Assembly (NCBI GenBank): GCA_013265495.1
Contig: MU058844.1
Span: 8,677,490-8,741,489, forward strand
From: Vicugna vicugna
Lineage: Eukaryota
Direction: 5' to 3'
DNA: 64,000 bases
Below the pieces are notes generated by a model. That model saw nothing but the letters and a program-made list of their open reading frames with translations. It was not told the DNA's origin and ran no database searches. Position 1 is the first letter of the stretch; every line of letters begins with the position of its first letter. Positions 62,111 through 64,000 of this stretch are shown here, in pieces. The translations under genes and the position numbers were made by a program.

Positions 62111-63248
62111 AGAAGCAAGACAGCAGGTGTGGAGAAAATGTAGCTTTAAAATTCACTGCCATCAGTTTGATGGAATATCCCGCTTAAGACTGGAGATTTG
62201 TATTTCTTCTGTTACTGAAGTCTCATTAGCATTTTCCCCCACTAAATGAACTAAATTGCCTTTCTTTGTTCTTAAAATAATTCTCAGTAGTGAGCTTAGT
62301 GTCATTCTATCCCCAGATGACTACTGTCCTAACCTTTCTTTGCTCTGAAGCCTGACATCATTTTTTTTTTTTGACTGTTGGGTATATGTTTTATTCCTGA
62401 ACAATCTCAAAAGATTTAGACTAGACCAAATAAAGCTACGTTTGTACAATGCCAAACTATTCATTTGGTAGTGAGTAAATTATTGTGGCTTCTTGAGCAC
62501 AGAGTCAGTCTCAGCTTTTTCAATAATAATAATGATATTTTATTAGTATAAATGCCTCCAGGAAAGAAGAGAAATCCAGCATCGATTTGATGAAACTAAT
62601 GTTTAAGTGGATCCTGCTGCATTTGATTTTCAATAGAGAGAAAAAAATGATAGTTATACAAAGCACCATGTGACTCCTGTGTGTACCACTGGCGCATCAG
62701 TTAAAGTAGCCCCAGGCAACTTTTTACTTACTCTTTGATTTACTGTCTTTCTTAAAATGGAAACCAAGTGCAGTCTAAACAATTTTAGGTCACCTAGGGC
62801 TTTTCCCTTTTTTGCAACTATAAGACCAATTCCCTAAATCCGTCACTATTTAGAGGAAGAGTAACAAAAAGGCACATAATTCAGTAAAGAAAAGTACAGC
62901 AGAACATCACAAATAATCCACAAAGTGCGAATAACCACAGTTTCCCATTTCTTAAGAGTAAACTGGAACTAACATTTCCATAAATACAGGTGATAATTTC
63001 AGAAGATGGGTGGGCTTCATTTTGGAAATTGTTTTATCTTTTAGTTCTCTTTGTAATGTTGCCAAAGATTGAGCATATGTTTTCATTATGTATTAATTCT
63101 TTTCCTTACTGCACTAAATAATAATTGACAAACTCACAATGCAACTTAAGATGAATAGGGGTTTTCTCATTGAAAACTGACATCCTCTTATTCAGGTAAG
63201 AAAACTGAAGCCCAAGGAAGATACGTGACTAGGACAAAGTCACACAGC

Positions 63249-63693
63249 TGTGGACAAAGAATGTCACCTGCCATTTTAGTAAATAAAGGATGTTGTAGCT
63301 ATAAAGCCATCAGCTATTGCAGCTGCCCATGATGGTGCACCCTGTCGGAAATTCAGGATGGAGGAAAACAGGATACTGGCCCTAGATAGTTAAGGTGCAT
63401 ATCAAAGGAATGATTTCAATAAGCTCAGAATCTTTCATCTTCCCATATGTAGAAAAGCACTAAAATCACTAACTCAAGATATCTGTTTTTGTGATTAACA
63501 ATAATCTTTAGATATTTGACTACTTTTTTTCAGCAAAAACTCCTATATCCTGGCTCCTCCTTTATCTCTTTGGAACACTCCCTTCAGAGCTCTCTGAGAG
63601 GGGGTATCCCGGACATAAGTCCTCAGTAAGTCAGCCAAATAAAACATAATTCTCAGCTTTCAGGTTGCGCTTTTTATTTTTTTTCAGTTGACA
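63249..63693 (+). mobile_element. Solo LTR, ERV1-like, inserted in a MIR
   Basis: TGTGGAC...GTTGACA termini, TATA-like cctatatcc, and AATAAA at 63638-63643 followed by a T-rich tract. It is preceded by the MIR core gaaaactgaagcccaagg...aagtcacacagc. Confidence 0.8.
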
Positions 63694-64000
63694 ATGCTAT
63701 CTCATTCAAGAACTAAACTAATACATCAATACACTTTTTATTCTACTTGTTCTTTTGGTGTTATCTTTCTGAATTTTTATTTATAACAGATTGTTTTAAA
63801 GGTAGCTATACATTTTTAAAGGAGTGAGAAACTTAGCTTAATGAAATTAATTTTAAGAAGGACTTGTTTAAAACATGAGAATTATTATCCAGTCCTAATT
63901 TCACTGAGCTCTCTTTTTTATTGTATTTTACATAAATGAAAAATTAATATTTAATTAATACTACTATGAAGATTGTAAGCCTTATTGAGAGGTTATTTTG

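Overview
AT-rich, CpG-poor mammalian genomic DNA, most likely camelid (alpaca, llama or camel). That assignment rests on two Vic-1-type tRNA-derived SINEs and on my seeing no Alu, Bov-A, PRE-1 or Can-SINE elements. I found no recognisable protein-coding gene, RNA gene, CRISPR array or prokaryotic system. Most long ORFs in the track are decayed LINE-1 ORF2 pieces, ERV-L pol remnants, antisense shadows of these, or microsatellite read-through; the rest are short and unrecognisable. The window is a layered record of mobile elements: ancient MIR, L2, MaLR and ERV-L; older L1M; and younger L1s, solo LTRs and SINEs. The most unusual structures are: a TSD-flanked insertion made only of an L1 5' end; a GC-rich non-repeat fragment inside an MLT1 LTR; two twin-primed L1 inversions; an inverted templated patch inside an L1; 3'-truncated L1s; and a SINE lacking its anticodon arm. 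A few unique stretches carry transcription-factor motifs or splice-like signals, including a speculative pair of minus-strand exons at 21-23 kb. I cannot support a novel biological system here. Repeat subfamily names come from recalled consensus similarity and boundaries are approximate; both need RepeatMasker/Dfam confirmation.
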